Shown here piece after piece: positions 31,465-32,000 of a DNA stretch of 32,000 nucleotides (position 1 is its first letter; each line of letters begins with the position of its first letter). The position numbers and the translations under genes were made by a program. The DNA is from a cyanobacterium endosymbiont of Braarudosphaera bigelowii (GTDB taxonomy: Bacteria > Cyanobacteriota > Cyanobacteriia > Cyanobacteriales > Microcystaceae). The notes under the pieces are model-generated. The model did not search any database. It saw only the letters and a list, made by a program, of their open reading frames with translations, and had not been told where the DNA came from. Where the stretch lies: NCBI RefSeq assembly GCF_020885515.1, contig NZ_AP024987.1:1290001-1322000 (forward strand), given 5' to 3'.

Positions 31465-32000
31465 TCAACAAAGATTAATAATATTAGGGATAATTTGGTT
31501 TAGATTACCTGCACCCAAAAATAGAGCCAAGTCTTTAGGCTGTAATAATTCAGGAAGTTTCTGAGATAGAATTTCTAGAGATGGAAAATAAAATACTTGA
31601 GGATGGTTTTTCTTAACTTCTCTAACTAGATCTTCGCCATGTATATTATTAATATTAATTTCTCCAGCACCATAAATATCTGTTAAAACTACTAGATCTG
31701 CATTATTAAAACAAGTAGCAAATTTCTCTAATAAAGCAAAAGTACGGCTATATCGATGAGGCTGAAAGATAACAACTACACGATTAATTAAAGTATTGTC
31801 AATTTTAGAAACTGCTGCTGATAAAGTTGCATCAATCTCACTAGGATGATGGGCATAGTCGTCAATGAAAGTGATTTCGTTACAATAACCACGTTTTTCA
31901 AAACGCCTTTTTGGTCCTTGAAAATTTAATAGCGCATTTACAATGGTAGAAAATTCTAAACCTAGTTCCCTTCCAACAGCAATAGTAGCAAGAGCATTAC
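31465..32000 (-). CDS. murC: UDP-N-acetylmuramate--L-alanine ligase, C-terminal part (5' end outside window)
   Basis: Minus-strand frame ending TGA at 31465-31467 reads ...NALATIAVGRELG...FQGPKRRFEKRG...FIDDYAHHPSEIDATLSAA...VVVIFQPHRYSRTFALLEKFA...LVVLTDIYGAGE...KDLALFLGAGNLNQIIPNIINLC*. Missing from the ORF track because the start lies outside. Confidence 0.95.
   Translation of the reverse strand, partial: NALATIAVGRELGLEFSTIVNALLNFQGPKRRFEKRGYCNEITFIDDYAHHPSEIDATLSAAVSKIDNTLINRVVVIFQPHRYSRTFALLEKFATCFNNADLVVLTDIYGAGEININNIHGEDLVREVKKNHPQVFYFPSLEILSQKLPELLQPKDLALFLGAGNLNQIIPNIINLC

Noticed and set aside
1-32000. CRISPR array, transposon, prophage, toxin-antitoxin or other defence cassette
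   Set aside because: I saw no regularly spaced direct repeats, transposase, integrase, phage structural gene or recognisable defence domain.

Overview
The window looks chromosomal and is AT-rich (roughly 30% GC by eye). Gene content fits a unicellular diazotroph-type cyanobacterium of the Crocosphaera/Cyanothece/UCYN-A lineage, probably with some genome reduction; this placement is inference. Evidence is ChlM, a cyanobacterial-type RNB ribonuclease, a ThrRS without a TGS domain, a DUF3769/LptD-like barrel protein, a DUF2996 protein, rpsP followed by a KH protein, and a Leu tRNA without an encoded CCA. I count about 24 genes: two CDS run off the window edges (an RNB-family exoribonuclease on the left, murC on the right), one is a tRNA, and the rest look intact. 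Supported genes and tRNA cover about 83% of the window. I found no mobile elements, CRISPR array, prophage or defence island, and no convincing new multi-gene system. The points most worth a second look are: (1) a Tat-type caspase-fold protein (orthocaspase family) whose catalytic His/Cys dyad reads as Tyr/Ser; (2) a protein resembling the N- and C-terminal domains of arginyl-tRNA synthetase joined without the catalytic core; (3) a lipoprotein dipeptide/oligopeptide-binding protein directly upstream of a VanX/DdpX-like D-Ala-D-Ala dipeptidase; (4) hairpins in several convergent intergenic gaps, including a 17-bp stem and a two-part nested stem; (5) a 962-nt gene-free region after serS that may hold gene remnants.
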